A DNA stretch of 64,000 nucleotides from an uncultured Planctomycetota bacterium (GCA_963823665.1 CAWGMQ010000005.1:1696001-1760000), one strand, 5' to 3'; counted from the first letter of the stretch, positions 1 to 9,403 are shown. Numbers and translations are program-made. The notes: generated from the sequence alone by a model not told the origin.

Positions 1-2
1 TT

Positions 3-563
3 CAAGTCGACGTGTGTGAAGAATGCGGCATCACTCACTGTAAGCCAGGTGGATGGGTTACGTTCCGGCGCTGCGGGCAATACGTGCTCGTACTTCCGGC
101 ATTCGCAGCCATGGTCGACAACGAGCTGGAGTACTCCGCACCGGAATTTCTCCTGAAGCGTGGACCGGCGGTTCTCACCGCGCAAACGTTCTCGAGCGCG
201 CGATCGATTGCCATCAACTTACCGCCTGCGAACGAGCTTGCCCCACTGACGAGGCACGAGGCCGTGCGGACATTTCAATGGGAAGCGCCGGGGCACGTCC
301 TGGGAAGATTTCCAGCGCACCCCATTCTTGACCGGGCTCTGGTCCTCGCAACGGATTCTGGCGAGCCCGCCGAGCGCGTCGAACGACTGAACTCGCTCCT
401 GACAGAGATGTTCGCCTCAGGCGAGCCCGCGCTGCCTGGAGCGCAATCCACAGCGATTTGCCTGTACCTCGATCTTCCAGGATATCCCGAATGGCAAGCC
501 CTCTACGAAGGCGACCGGCTGGCGCTCGTGCTGAGTAAGGGCCTGGCTATCGGAGCAGCCTGA
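3..563 (+). CDS. Hypothetical protein with CxxC-x3-HC motif, probably 5'-truncated by the window edge
   Basis: Frame is open from position 3 (QVDVCEECGITHCKPGGWV); stop at 563. Confidence 0.6.
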   Translation, partial: QVDVCEECGITHCKPGGWVTFRRCGQYVLVLPAFAAMVDNELEYSAPEFLLKRGPAVLTAQTFSSARSIAINLPPANELAPLTRHEAVRTFQWEAPGHVLGRFPAHPILDRALVLATDSGEPAERVERLNSLLTEMFASGEPALPGAQSTAICLYLDLPGYPEWQALYEGDRLALVLSKGLAIGAA

Positions 564-636
564 CCTCATAGTACAGCCCACACAACATTAAAAAAGAAAA
601 TGCAGGCGCATTATCCCGGCTGGGGCGAGACACCAT

Positions 637-1155
637 ATGCCAATGCTCAGTCGAATCCGCTTTTCACTCGCGAAGATCATGATGTTCGTGCTCGCCTGCG
701 CCGCGGCTTCGGCGCTCTTTGCGAGGATCATGGAGCACACGACGCTGGCCGGCGCAGCCGATTGGAACATCGACATCCCCACTCTCTTTCTCCTGGGTAT
801 CGTGTTGACTGCACTCGCGCTCGGCTTCTGGAAGTCGCACACGGCCGTCCAGATCATGCTTCAGGTCACGCTCGCGTGCCTGGGCTGCCTGACGCTGATC
901 TGGATCGGCGAGGCGAAATACGAGCGTGCGATCCGCTACTGGTTCCAAGCGTGTTTCGCTGCCACGGTCACGTTGCCGCTCATCGCCCGGGGCATAGTTA
1001 AATCAAGCATACCGAGAGGACCAAGGCGCAACTGGTGGAAGAAAACGTGCGAAGCCGTTTTCTTTGCGTTCCTGAACATGATGCTGATCACCGCGGGCGG
1101 CCTGTTTCAAACGGTCTTGATTTACTACGGGTCCGAATTGCTTGGCAAGCCGTAG
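637..1155 (+). CDS. Hypothetical multi-pass membrane protein
   Basis: 172 aa ORF with about 5 hydrophobic segments. Confidence 0.7.
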   Translation: MPMLSRIRFSLAKIMMFVLACAAASALFARIMEHTTLAGAADWNIDIPTLFLLGIVLTALALGFWKSHTAVQIMLQVTLACLGCLTLIWIGEAKYERAIRYWFQACFAATVTLPLIARGIVKSSIPRGPRRNWWKKTCEAVFFAFLNMMLITAGGLFQTVLIYYGSELLGKP

Positions 1156-1185
1156 TGCCTGATTTCCGGGATAGGAGATTCACCC

Positions 1186-1557
1186 ATGGGCTTGAACGGA
1201 ACGCGCGGCGGCTGTCCCGTCTGCAAGGCGGCCCTTTCCGCCATGCCCTTCGAGCCAATTGCCGAACGCGAGTGTCCTCGCTGCGCGGCCGCGCTCTGGG
1301 CACTCAACCTACCGTCCGGCCCGCTGTTCTGCGTCCGACGCCCGGATCAATCCTGCGCGGAATTCATCGCTGAGCTCGCGGGTCCGGCGCTCGGAATCTC
1401 AGCGCACGAGGCCGCGTCGCTCCTGATCGGAGCCGATCGCTTTGATTTAACCGAGTTGCTGGCGGAGCTCGACACGGCGAACGTGAGATGGGACTCCTCC
1501 GCGGCGAACTCAATCCGGCGCAGGCGCCCGATTCATAGCTGTCGATTTTGGTGGTGA
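1186..1557 (+). CDS. Zn-ribbon protein with degenerate acyl-carrier-like C-terminus
   Basis: CPVC...CPRC, then GADRFDLTELLAELD resembling ACP GADSLDxVELxMELE; AGGAG RBS upstream. Confidence 0.6.
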   Translation: MGLNGTRGGCPVCKAALSAMPFEPIAERECPRCAAALWALNLPSGPLFCVRRPDQSCAEFIAELAGPALGISAHEAASLLIGADRFDLTELLAELDTANVRWDSSAANSIRRRRPIHSCRFWW

Positions 1558-1574
1558 TGCGTTAGACTGGCTCG

Positions 1575-1874
1575 ATGAGCGACCGCGAATTCTTGCAGGT
1601 CAATCCGGCCACTCTCCATCTGCCGGGCGGTCGCCGCGATGGAGTTGATCCCATGAAATTGCACCGCCAGTTGGCCCGGCATGGCATGTCGGTCGCTGGG
1701 ATGCCTCCGCTGGAAGTTAGTCGCGGTACCGATGGGGAATTGGTGATCAACGACGGTGTGACGAGGGCCACCCGCGTTGCGAAATACCTGCCGGGCACGT
1801 TGGTGCCCGTGGAAGTCACGGGGACGTTGCCGGTGGCAGTCGCCGGGTTGCCCACGGTGAAGGAGCGGCTATGA
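1575..1874 (+). CDS. Small ParB/Srx-like domain protein (99 aa)
   Basis: MPPLEV..G..GELVINDGVTRATR resembles the ParB/sulfiredoxin PixV...iiDGxxR core; ATGA overlap with next gene. Confidence 0.6.
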   Translation: MSDREFLQVNPATLHLPGGRRDGVDPMKLHRQLARHGMSVAGMPPLEVSRGTDGELVINDGVTRATRVAKYLPGTLVPVEVTGTLPVAVAGLPTVKERL

Positions 1875-2089
1875 ACCCTGAAGAAACACGCGCGGAACTG
1901 CTGTCAGCATTGGCCGAACTGGGGCGTGCACATCCAAGCTGGCGGCTCGGCCAGGCGCTGTCCAATCTCGCGATGGCGGCCGGGCGTTTGGACGCCGGCG
2001 GCGTGTGGGACCTGGAGGACGAAGAGGCGCTAGCAGCCGCCAGGCGACTCCTGGAAAGTCGTTCCAGCACGCCCGTGACGACCGGCTGA
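1871..2089 (+). CDS. Small helical acidic protein (72 aa), translationally coupled to the ParB-like gene
   Basis: AAGGAG RBS, ATGA overlap; HPSWRLGQ...WDLEDEE motif. Confidence 0.65.
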   Translation: MNPEETRAELLSALAELGRAHPSWRLGQALSNLAMAAGRLDAGGVWDLEDEEALAAARRLLESRSSTPVTTG

Positions 2090-2185
2090 GAACAGGTGCG
2101 ATGCGCGGCTTCGACGTGCACGGCGGCGCCCCCGTCTGCCAGGCGGCCCTTGCCGCCGCGCCCTCCGATTAAGGCAGCGGGCACA

Positions 2186-2917
2186 ATGCTGTTCTTCCAC
2201 GACGCCACGGTTGAACATCTTGACATCCGGCCGCGAATCACGATGGCGGCGCTGGGCGAATTGGCTCGCACCCAGCGGCGTCTCAGGATCGACTTACCGC
2301 CTTCGGTGCGTGAATGGTACTCGTACGATTGCGCGGTGTCGGTCCTATCCGAGCACAGCAACGGTGATCCACCGATTCCGGTAGCGGAGTTCGCCCTGAC
2401 GGAATCGATCGTCGGACCATTGATCCCGATTCGGCGGGAGAATCAGGGCGTTTGCACGTGGGCGATCCTCCTCGACGGGTCGAACGACCCGCCGGTGTTC
2501 GTCGATGTGGATTCAGACGGCACGGAGTGGCGGCTGCATGCCCAGAATTTCTCGACCTACGTCTATGCCTGCGTTTGGGATTATCGCGTTGTCTTCAAAC
2601 AGCCCGGACTGGCGCAAGCGCAGAACGGTCCAATCAGCGATCTTTCACTCAATGCTCTGGCCGATTCGTTCGACCGGCGACCAAAGACATTCGCTTGGCC
2701 TGGTAGCGCGCAGTATCGGTTCCGCGGGAACGGCATCGGCGTGCTGATCTGGTCAACGGATGGCCATTCGGCAGACTGGTTCGTCGGCGCGGCCGATGCG
2801 ATTTCATTGGAATCAGCTTTGCGCATCGTCTGGGAACTCGACGAGGTCGGCAAGTCCTTCTACCCTTGCTCCGATATCGCCGAGGAAGTGCTGGCCAAAC
2901 TCAATCGCGACGCCTGA
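2186..2917 (+). CDS. SMI1/KNR4 (SUKH)-like protein
   Basis: RRLRIDLPPSVREWY, ENQGVCTW, NDPPVFV, FSTYV are typical SUKH motifs; ATG at 2186. Confidence 0.6.
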   Translation: MLFFHDATVEHLDIRPRITMAALGELARTQRRLRIDLPPSVREWYSYDCAVSVLSEHSNGDPPIPVAEFALTESIVGPLIPIRRENQGVCTWAILLDGSNDPPVFVDVDSDGTEWRLHAQNFSTYVYACVWDYRVVFKQPGLAQAQNGPISDLSLNALADSFDRRPKTFAWPGSAQYRFRGNGIGVLIWSTDGHSADWFVGAADAISLESALRIVWELDEVGKSFYPCSDIAEEVLAKLNRDA

Positions 2918-2949
2918 GCAATCGTTGCAGCGCGTCTGGCCCGCTCCCC

Positions 2950-3185
2950 TTCTTCGATTGGCCGGGACGGGGAGGCGGGACAAGCGTGAGGCAATCCCTG
3001 AAGACCTGGCTCCCATCCTGGACCGGCTGCGTGTGGATCGATCGAATTGGGTGCACACGGTGCGCGACTTCGGTCGCATGTCCAAGCAAGCGGCAGGTCG
3101 AGCGAGTTCGCTTGTGTGCGCCGCACCGCGTTGCTCACGGCGCTGGTTTCAGGGCAAGACGGCCGCGCGAGTCGCGTTTCTGGAA
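2950..3185 (+). pseudogene. C-terminal remnant of a REP-associated tyrosine transposase (RAYT/IS200-like)
   Basis: FDWPGR, then after a frameshift RRDKREAIPEDLAPILDRL...NWVHTVRDFGR...AGRASSL...RWFQG, resembling the long RAYT C-terminus; no N-terminal HUH domain. Confidence 0.55.
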
Positions 3186-3308
3186 GTAAGCGGCTCGCGG
3201 CGGCAGACGCGGAATTCGATTGGATTCGAGGCCGGCCAGCGTTGTTTCATTCGCCGCAGCGGCAAGCGACGAACCACCGCCGCTTTCCCGATGGATCATC
3301 CTCGGGCG

Positions 3309-3824
3309 TCACGTCGACGACGATGATCGCCGGCCGGCGTGGCGAAGCTGATTCAGATTGCGATAGAATTGCGTTTCCAGGCGGTTGCTGCGGAGAGCAG
3401 TGAGTGTCTCGAGCACTAAATTGACACTGGCAAAAAGCAGCAAAGCGACCCCAGCGACGGCGAGCAGAGTAGGAAGCGCCATCAGCCAATTCCGTAGCAT
3501 TGCATCGATTGCGAGAGTCAGGCTCGTTCCCACGAAGCACGTGAAGGCCATATACAAGGACGTCAGCGCATATCGCAGCCGGTCGCTCCGCGCCTCGAGC
3601 CGGTGCATCTGATCATGAACATGCTCCAGCCTCTCCATGGCAAAGTCAAGTTCGGCGACGCCGCGGTCCAGCTTGTCGGCATGATCGTTCAGGAAGCGGA
3701 TGCGGTCGACGACGCGCGTCACCCGGTTCGAGGTCGAGATGATCAGAGACGCGTTGGCCGTCATGAAGATCGCTGGTGTGATCATGGCAGTGAGCGCGTC
3801 GAAAGTGAGCGACGAAAGTGGCAT
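3309..3824 (-). CDS. DUF2721 family membrane protein
   Basis: AMITPAIFMTANASLIISTSNRVTRVVDRIR motif plus two C-terminal TM helices; ATG at 3824. Confidence 0.75.
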   Translation of the reverse strand: MPLSSLTFDALTAMITPAIFMTANASLIISTSNRVTRVVDRIRFLNDHADKLDRGVAELDFAMERLEHVHDQMHRLEARSDRLRYALTSLYMAFTCFVGTSLTLAIDAMLRNWLMALPTLLAVAGVALLLFASVNLVLETLTALRSNRLETQFYRNLNQLRHAGRRSSSST

Positions 3825-3884
3825 CGCAGGTGCCAGGTTCCAGTTACCACCAACCCTAGAGAAATCGACGACTGCCTTCCCCCG

Positions 3885-3927
3885 CAATATATCCCAGCGC
3901 ACGCACAATATATCCCAGCGCACGCAC
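3885..3927. repeat. Perfect 21-bp tandem duplication (CAATATATCCCAGCGCACGCA x2)
   Basis: Read directly: 3885-3905 and 3906-3926. Confidence 0.9.
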
Positions 3928-4054
3928 ACTGACCATCCGGCGCTCACCAGCCTTATTCGACCTCGGCATCGGCTCCCCTCACGCCCTCGGCGAGGCTTCC
4001 CCCAACGCGTGCCGCTTCTCGACGTTTGATCGTGGGGCCCGCGGCCGGGTTTGA

Positions 4055-4786
4055 TCAGATCTGGGCAACACCGCCGTCGACGAAGAGCTCGCTCCCCGTC
4101 ACGAAGCTCGAATCCCTCGAAGCCAGGAACAGCGCGGCGGTCGCGATCTCCTCGGGACGCCCCATCGTGCCCCGGGGAATGAGGGCGACGAATTCGTCCA
4201 CGGCGTCCTTCGGCACGCCTTCGAGGATGGGCGTATCGATGGTCCCGGGACTGAGGACGTTCACGCGGATGTTGCGGGCCTTTAGGTCCACCGTCCAGGT
4301 CCTCGCGAACGACCGGAGCGCCGCCTTGCTCGCGCTATAAACGCCAAAGGCCGGGAAGCCCATCGAGCCGGCGATCGACCCGTTCATGATGATCGAGCCG
4401 CCGTCGGCGAAGAGCGGCAGCGCCTTCTGCACCGTGAACAGCGTCCCCCGGACGTTGAGGCCGAAGGTTCTATCGAACTGCTCTTCCGTCACATCGCCGA
4501 TAGGGGCGAATTCCCCGGTCCCGGCGCTCGCGAAGAGGACATCGATCCGGCCTTTCTCTTTCCTCACGGTCTCGTACAGCCGATCGAGATCGGCGAGGTT
4601 GGCGGCGTCGCCCTGGACCCCGGTGACGTTCCGGCCGATCGCCTTCACTGCCTCGTCCAGCTTCTCCCGGCGCCGACCGGTGATGAAGACATAGGCCCCT
4701 TCCTCGACGAAGAGTTTGGCCGTGGCCAGGGCCATGCCCGAAGTCGCACCCGTGATCACCGCTACCTTCTCGCTCAACTTACCCAT
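4055..4786 (-). CDS. Short-chain dehydrogenase/reductase
   Basis: [28 protein letters not shown]; start MGKLSEK at 4786. Confidence 0.92.
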   Translation of the reverse strand: MGKLSEKVAVITGATSGMALATAKLFVEEGAYVFITGRRREKLDEAVKAIGRNVTGVQGDAANLADLDRLYETVRKEKGRIDVLFASAGTGEFAPIGDVTEEQFDRTFGLNVRGTLFTVQKALPLFADGGSIIMNGSIAGSMGFPAFGVYSASKAALRSFARTWTVDLKARNIRVNVLSPGTIDTPILEGVPKDAVDEFVALIPRGTMGRPEEIATAALFLASRDSSFVTGSELFVDGGVAQI

Positions 4787-4853
4787 CGAATCACCCCCGT
4801 TCTGGTGAACAGTCGGAACAGTGGGTATGATAGCGATGGCTTTCGGGAGCGCA

Positions 4854-5129
4854 ATGGAAGCGGACAGGATCGTCGCCCGCAAGGACTTCCAGGAGATCCC
4901 GCCGCGCGTCGAATATTCCTTGACCGAGTTCGGTGTTTCGCTCGCCGAGGCTCTACGGCCGCTCTGCGAATGGGGCCGCGAGCACACGGCCCGCATTGAA
5001 ACGAACAAAGCCGAGGAAGGCATGAGGGGTAGTCGTGACGCTGCCGTGGAGCATGCGCCAGACACGGAATTGAAGATCAAGGACGAGGCGCGGCGACTTT
5101 TACGCGCCGAACGAGCGAGGAGCGTCTAG
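4854..5129 (+). pseudogene. N-terminally truncated HxlR-family transcriptional regulator
   Basis: [30 protein letters not shown]...LCEWG is the HxlR C-half; upstream helices absent; only about 67 bp from the divergent SDR start. Confidence 0.75.
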
Positions 5130-5131
5130 CC

Positions 5132-5494
5132 ATGTTGCACAGTTTGACCATCGGTCACCTCGATCCGGCCGCTGTGCAACGGCACCAGACGCTGCCCACC
5201 AAGGCGCTCGAGATGGAAGTCGTTCATCGAATCTTGGCAGAACTGGGCGAAAAGGATGCCGAGGGTAACGTGACGCTGGGGGGTTGCAAGGTAAGATTCG
5301 AGAATTCCGCCGTTTCATGCCTGTGGAAGAGTGTTGGCACCAATCGTGTCGCTGAGGAATTCGCACTCCGGATCCAAAAGGAAACGGGATGTCTGATCGC
5401 CGATGTGGGCGGATATCGAGTCGTTGTTCCCGCGGAACTTCTTGGCTTGAACGGTCTCGTGGCTCCGGCCACGGCGGCGGCGGCGCGCGTCTAA
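5132..5494 (+). CDS. Hypothetical protein
   Basis: 120 aa ORF with AGGAG upstream and globular composition. Confidence 0.6.
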   Translation: MLHSLTIGHLDPAAVQRHQTLPTKALEMEVVHRILAELGEKDAEGNVTLGGCKVRFENSAVSCLWKSVGTNRVAEEFALRIQKETGCLIADVGGYRVVVPAELLGLNGLVAPATAAAARV

Positions 5495-5544
5495 TATCTC
5501 CGGATGTGCTCGAATCGCCCCATTCATTCGCGCGGGAATGGAGA

Positions 5545-5573
5545 GACTCCTTCGCGGAGCGAAGGGCGACTCT
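5545..5573. repeat. REP-like palindrome CCTTCGC-GGA-GCGAAGG-GCGAC
   Basis: Perfect 7-bp stem at 5549-5565 in an intergenic region; resembles a short palindromic repeat I recall from planctomycete genomes. Confidence 0.5.
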
Positions 5574-5708
5574 GGGGTGGGCGAGTGCGCTCGGTTCAGG
5601 CGACACTGAATATGAAGGTCTTCCTCAGCGGGTTGGTCCGCATTGATGACACCTTGAAGCCGCGACCGTGGCGCTACCTTCACCCGCAGGCGTCAGGAAG
5701 CAGAATGC

Positions 5709-6564
5709 GTGGGCCGGAAAGTGAGGCGTCACTTGCGCTCTGAGTCTGGAGAAATCGACGGCGGCCAACCCCCAAACGCGAGCACGCCGGCCTCACGTCC
5801 TTTGCCCTCTTCGCTCGACGAAGTGCGGGCAATGACGCCAGCGCGGGTTTTTACCGGACGGGCAGGCGCCGCTTACAAAACTACGACGTGGCTCAAGCTG
5901 CGAGTCGATCATGCCCTGGCCAGGGATGCTGTCTTCGCCGAGATCGATCTCCTGCGCGATCTGGGTGAGGCATTCGTGGACGAGTGGAGCTTGTTCGAAG
6001 TCGCGACGCTGGCCCAGACGAAAACCGATTATCTGCTGAGGCCCGAGCTGGGCCGCTCATTATCGGCAACGGCGAAAACCGAGCTGAAGAACCGCTGCGC
6101 ATCTGGTGCCGACCTTCAAATTGCAATCGCCGATGGTCTCTCGGCGACGGCCGTGCGCGCAGGTACCCGCGCTCTTGCCTCTGCTCGCGGAAGAAGCTGG
6201 GAAGCGCGGCTGGAAGTTCGGCCAGCCATTCCTGATCCGTCATGCTCGGGTGGGAACCTTGAACGACATCGGCGAAGCTCTTGATCCCACCGTCGTCGTG
6301 CTCTTGATTGGCGAGCGGCCTGGGCTGGCGACGGCCGAAAGCCTGTCGGCGTATATGGCCTACCAGCCGCGAGCTGGTCATGACGACTCGCGCAGGAATT
6401 TGATCTCAAATATCCACGCCCGCGGCGTCACGTCCATTCAAGCGGCCGAGCGGATCGCGCGGCTTGCGGAGCAAATGCTCGCTGTGAAAATGAGCGGCGT
6501 GCATTTGAAAGAACAAGCGACAGCCCACGAAGCGCTCGCAGCGAGGAGGCCGCCCCTCGAGTAA
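5709..6564 (+). CDS. eutC: Ethanolamine ammonia-lyase light chain, frameshifted near 6160
   Basis: TPARVFTGRAG, DHALARDAV, YLLRPELGR, IADGLSA then LIGERPGL, SLSAY, RNLISNIH; start uncertain. Confidence 0.85.
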
Positions 6565-6591
6565 CGAAAATCACTCCGGCAAGCCGCTGTG

Positions 6592-6614
6592 GACCCGGGG
6601 CCTGGGCCCGGGTC
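6592..6614. terminator. GC-rich hairpin between convergent eutC and miaE remnant
   Basis: GACCCGGG-7nt-CCCGGGTC; no U-tract. Confidence 0.35.
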
Positions 6615-6640
6615 GCATCTGCCTCGATCTGCAAAAACTC

Positions 6641-6912
6641 TTACCAGCGATCGTCCGCCTGGGCGCGTGGGAGCGTCACGCCCGCCAGGCGCAAGAAGAC
6701 GTGGTAATGGCCGCGCTCGGACGACCACAGACGCTCGTATAACCTGGCAAGCCCGGCTTCGCGCCCGCGGCAATAGCGTGCCAGAAGGTTGAAGCGCTCG
6801 CACGATCGAAGCTCGATCAAGGCCGAAACGATGAGCCGTTCGAGGAGCTCCACGCTACCGCGTCCCTTGCGGACATGCTGTCTCAATTGATTGGCGTAGT
6901 CATTGGTCGAGA
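6641..6912 (-). pseudogene. miaE: C-terminal remnant of tRNA-(ms2io6A) hydroxylase
   Basis: NDYANQLRQHVRKG...LLERLIVSALIELRSCERF...LYERLWSSERGHY; N-terminal half missing. Confidence 0.7.
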
Positions 6913-7145
6913 GACATGGTCGAACTTGCGTCGAGCATTTACCATTCTTTCATCGAATTTATAGATAAATTTCGTTTGAATACTTGGGACGAAGGCGCAA
7001 CACTACAGAGCCAGAGGATTCGAACCGAACACGACGTGAATGCTCGCAAACCGCATACGAAAGCGACCCCCCTTTTCTCGGTGCATCTCGCCTCTCGGGC
7101 CGGAGACGCGGCGTCTTCCGCAAACGTCCGCGCCTTCCGGTCATC

Positions 7146-8927
7146 TCAAGGAGCCTTCACGTCGATTGACGATTGCTTGACGACCCAATCCCCGATCACC
7201 TTGAGCGCTGCGGGGGCAATTGTCTCTTCGATCTGGTTGTACTCCGTGACCGACCCGGTCTTGCATGTCTGAAACAGGTGGTTCAACCCTGGAAGCTGCA
7301 CGGTGGTCACTTGCGTGTTGCCCCCCTTCTTGATCGCTTTCGCAATTTCCTCGAGGTTTTCCCTGGGAGGCACCTGCAAATCCTTCTCGCCATTGAGCGC
7401 CAGGACAGGGCACCGCACCTTCCCGAGAGTCGGCCTGGGGTCGAACGACAGAAAGAAGCGGAACCACTTTGACTCGAGTATCTTCATCTGAGTGTCGGCA
7501 AATGAATCAAGATCGCCCACCTCCTTTTTCTCGCCGGGCGAAAGATCGCCGAGCAGTTTCTTGAGCTCCTCGCGCGCAGAGACGCTCGCCTTCTTGGGGT
7601 CTGTCTCGCTTTTGATGATGTCGAAAAGACGCTTTCGCATTTCGTTCTGCTTGTCGAGGTCCTTGTCGTTGCCGCCCATCACCTTGCCGATCAACTTCGC
7701 TTGCATCATCATGATCTCGGCACCGGGCAGCCCGGTGCCCGCCAGCAACACGATGAACGCGACGTCGCGCGACCGCGCGGCGACGATCGGCGCGATGAGC
7801 CCCCCCTCACTGTGGCCCATCAGGCCGATTTTTTGGCCGTCGATTTCCGGCCGCGACTTGAGCAACGCGATCCCGGCATCGACATCGCCCGCGAATTCTT
7901 CGCTGGTCGCCGTCGCGATGCTCCCCGAGGAGCCACCGACTCCGCGGTCGTCCACGCGCAGCACGGCGACTCCCCGGCGCGTCAACATATCCGCCAGGAC
8001 CAGGAACGGCTTGTGCTGGAGGATCGTCTCATCGCGATCCTGGGCACCCGAGCCGCTGATCAAGATCACAGCCGGAAATGGACCGCGGCCTTCCGGCAAG
8101 GTCAGCGTTCCCGCCAGCGTGATCCCCGCGGGCTCGTTGCGATACTTGAGCTCTTCGACCTTGTACGGAAAGGGGGGCTTGGGCGTTTGCGGCCTGCGGA
8201 GCGCCGTCACTTGATCGGTCTTCTTGAGCGTGAGCGAAAGCTTCACACCGCTCTGCGTGAAGGTGCCAACCGCTTCGTTTTCTTCGCCGTTGAGCTTGCC
8301 TTCATACTTTATGTCGTGCGCTTTCATCGCGAAAGCGAGCTTGGTCTTGTCGAGCGTGATCGAATCGACCTTCAGCTTCATTGCGCCTTGATCAGGGCTT
8401 TGCAAGTTCGCCAGCAGCCGGCCGTCCTCGGTTTTCTGAACGCGCACGACGAGCCGAAGCCCCTGCCCGGGGCCGGGGCCGAGCTTGCCTTCCCAGATCT
8501 GCTCCTTACCGACGAGCTTCGGCTCCGGAGTGGCCTTGTCCTTCTTCACGAACGATACCGGAAGTGAAACCCCCGGCTGGGTCCAGGTGCCCGTCGCCTC
8601 GGTGCCCGCGGTGTTGAGCTTCCCGTCGAACTTGGCCTGCGAAACCTTTAACTCGAAAGCCAACTTCGACCGATCGATGACCACCGAGCTCAGCTTCAAG
8701 CCGCGGAGGCCCTCATCCGGACTGTCGAGCGTCGCCACGGGCTCGGCTCCGTCACGCAAAGTGGCGTGGATTACCAGGCGTAACTCGATACCAGGAGCTA
8801 CCTTGAGTGTTCCCTCCCAGACTTGCTCCTTGTCCTTCGCTTTCGAATCATCCGCCCGCACGAGCTGACAGAAAAGAGCAAGGGCCGCGATAGCCACCGT
8901 GCCCGTCATCCACCGCAACGCCCTCAT
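7146..8927 (-). CDS. Secreted alpha/beta hydrolase (serine peptidase/esterase) with two N-terminal repeat domains
   Basis: Signal peptide; two WEG.L...SPDxG repeats; GSGAQDRDE, GHSEGG, GEKDLQV, LNHLFQ triad motifs; GGAGG RBS before ATG 8927. Confidence 0.9.
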   Translation of the reverse strand: MRALRWMTGTVAIAALALFCQLVRADDSKAKDKEQVWEGTLKVAPGIELRLVIHATLRDGAEPVATLDSPDEGLRGLKLSSVVIDRSKLAFELKVSQAKFDGKLNTAGTEATGTWTQPGVSLPVSFVKKDKATPEPKLVGKEQIWEGKLGPGPGQGLRLVVRVQKTEDGRLLANLQSPDQGAMKLKVDSITLDKTKLAFAMKAHDIKYEGKLNGEENEAVGTFTQSGVKLSLTLKKTDQVTALRRPQTPKPPFPYKVEELKYRNEPAGITLAGTLTLPEGRGPFPAVILISGSGAQDRDETILQHKPFLVLADMLTRRGVAVLRVDDRGVGGSSGSIATATSEEFAGDVDAGIALLKSRPEIDGQKIGLMGHSEGGLIAPIVAARSRDVAFIVLLAGTGLPGAEIMMMQAKLIGKVMGGNDKDLDKQNEMRKRLFDIIKSETDPKKASVSAREELKKLLGDLSPGEKKEVGDLDSFADTQMKILESKWFRFFLSFDPRPTLGKVRCPVLALNGEKDLQVPPRENLEEIAKAIKKGGNTQVTTVQLPGLNHLFQTCKTGSVTEYNQIEETIAPAALKVIGDWVVKQSSIDVKAP

Positions 8928-9088
8928 CGATGATGACCTCCGGCGACCTGTCACGGTCGCGCTGTTTCGCATGTCGGCCGCCGCCGCCCGGCGGCAGATG
9001 AAGCCGATTTTACGTTCATTTCACTTCGTCCTTACGTTCGCCGCGTACAGTGATTTATTGGAAGCTTACTTCACAAGGAGTGAGAACA

Positions 9089-9334
9089 ATGCTTGCCCCG
9101 TTCTTCGTCAACCTGCTGGTATGGTGTGTCCTGATGTTGTTTGTCGGCTGGGCCTTGGATCTCGTCCACGGCTGGATCGATTCAGCGCGCCATGACGTCT
9201 CGCTTCCAACCCGGCGGCACCCGGGCCGGCCGGCTCACCGATTCAATTCGCAAGTATCGGTTTGCGTGGGGTGCGACATTTCCGGTAATTCACTGCTCCG
9301 TTCAGGGATGACCAAAGGCCGGGAGAATGCATAA
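9089..9334 (+). CDS. Small membrane protein
   Basis: AAGGAG RBS; N-terminal hydrophobic helix. Confidence 0.5.
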   Translation: MLAPFFVNLLVWCVLMLFVGWALDLVHGWIDSARHDVSLPTRRHPGRPAHRFNSQVSVCVGCDISGNSLLRSGMTKGRENA

Positions 9335-9403
9335 AATAGGATGAGAGGGCGGCGTCCACCGTAAACAAATCCCTCGACGTCGGCCTTGATCCTGGATTCG
9401 ATT

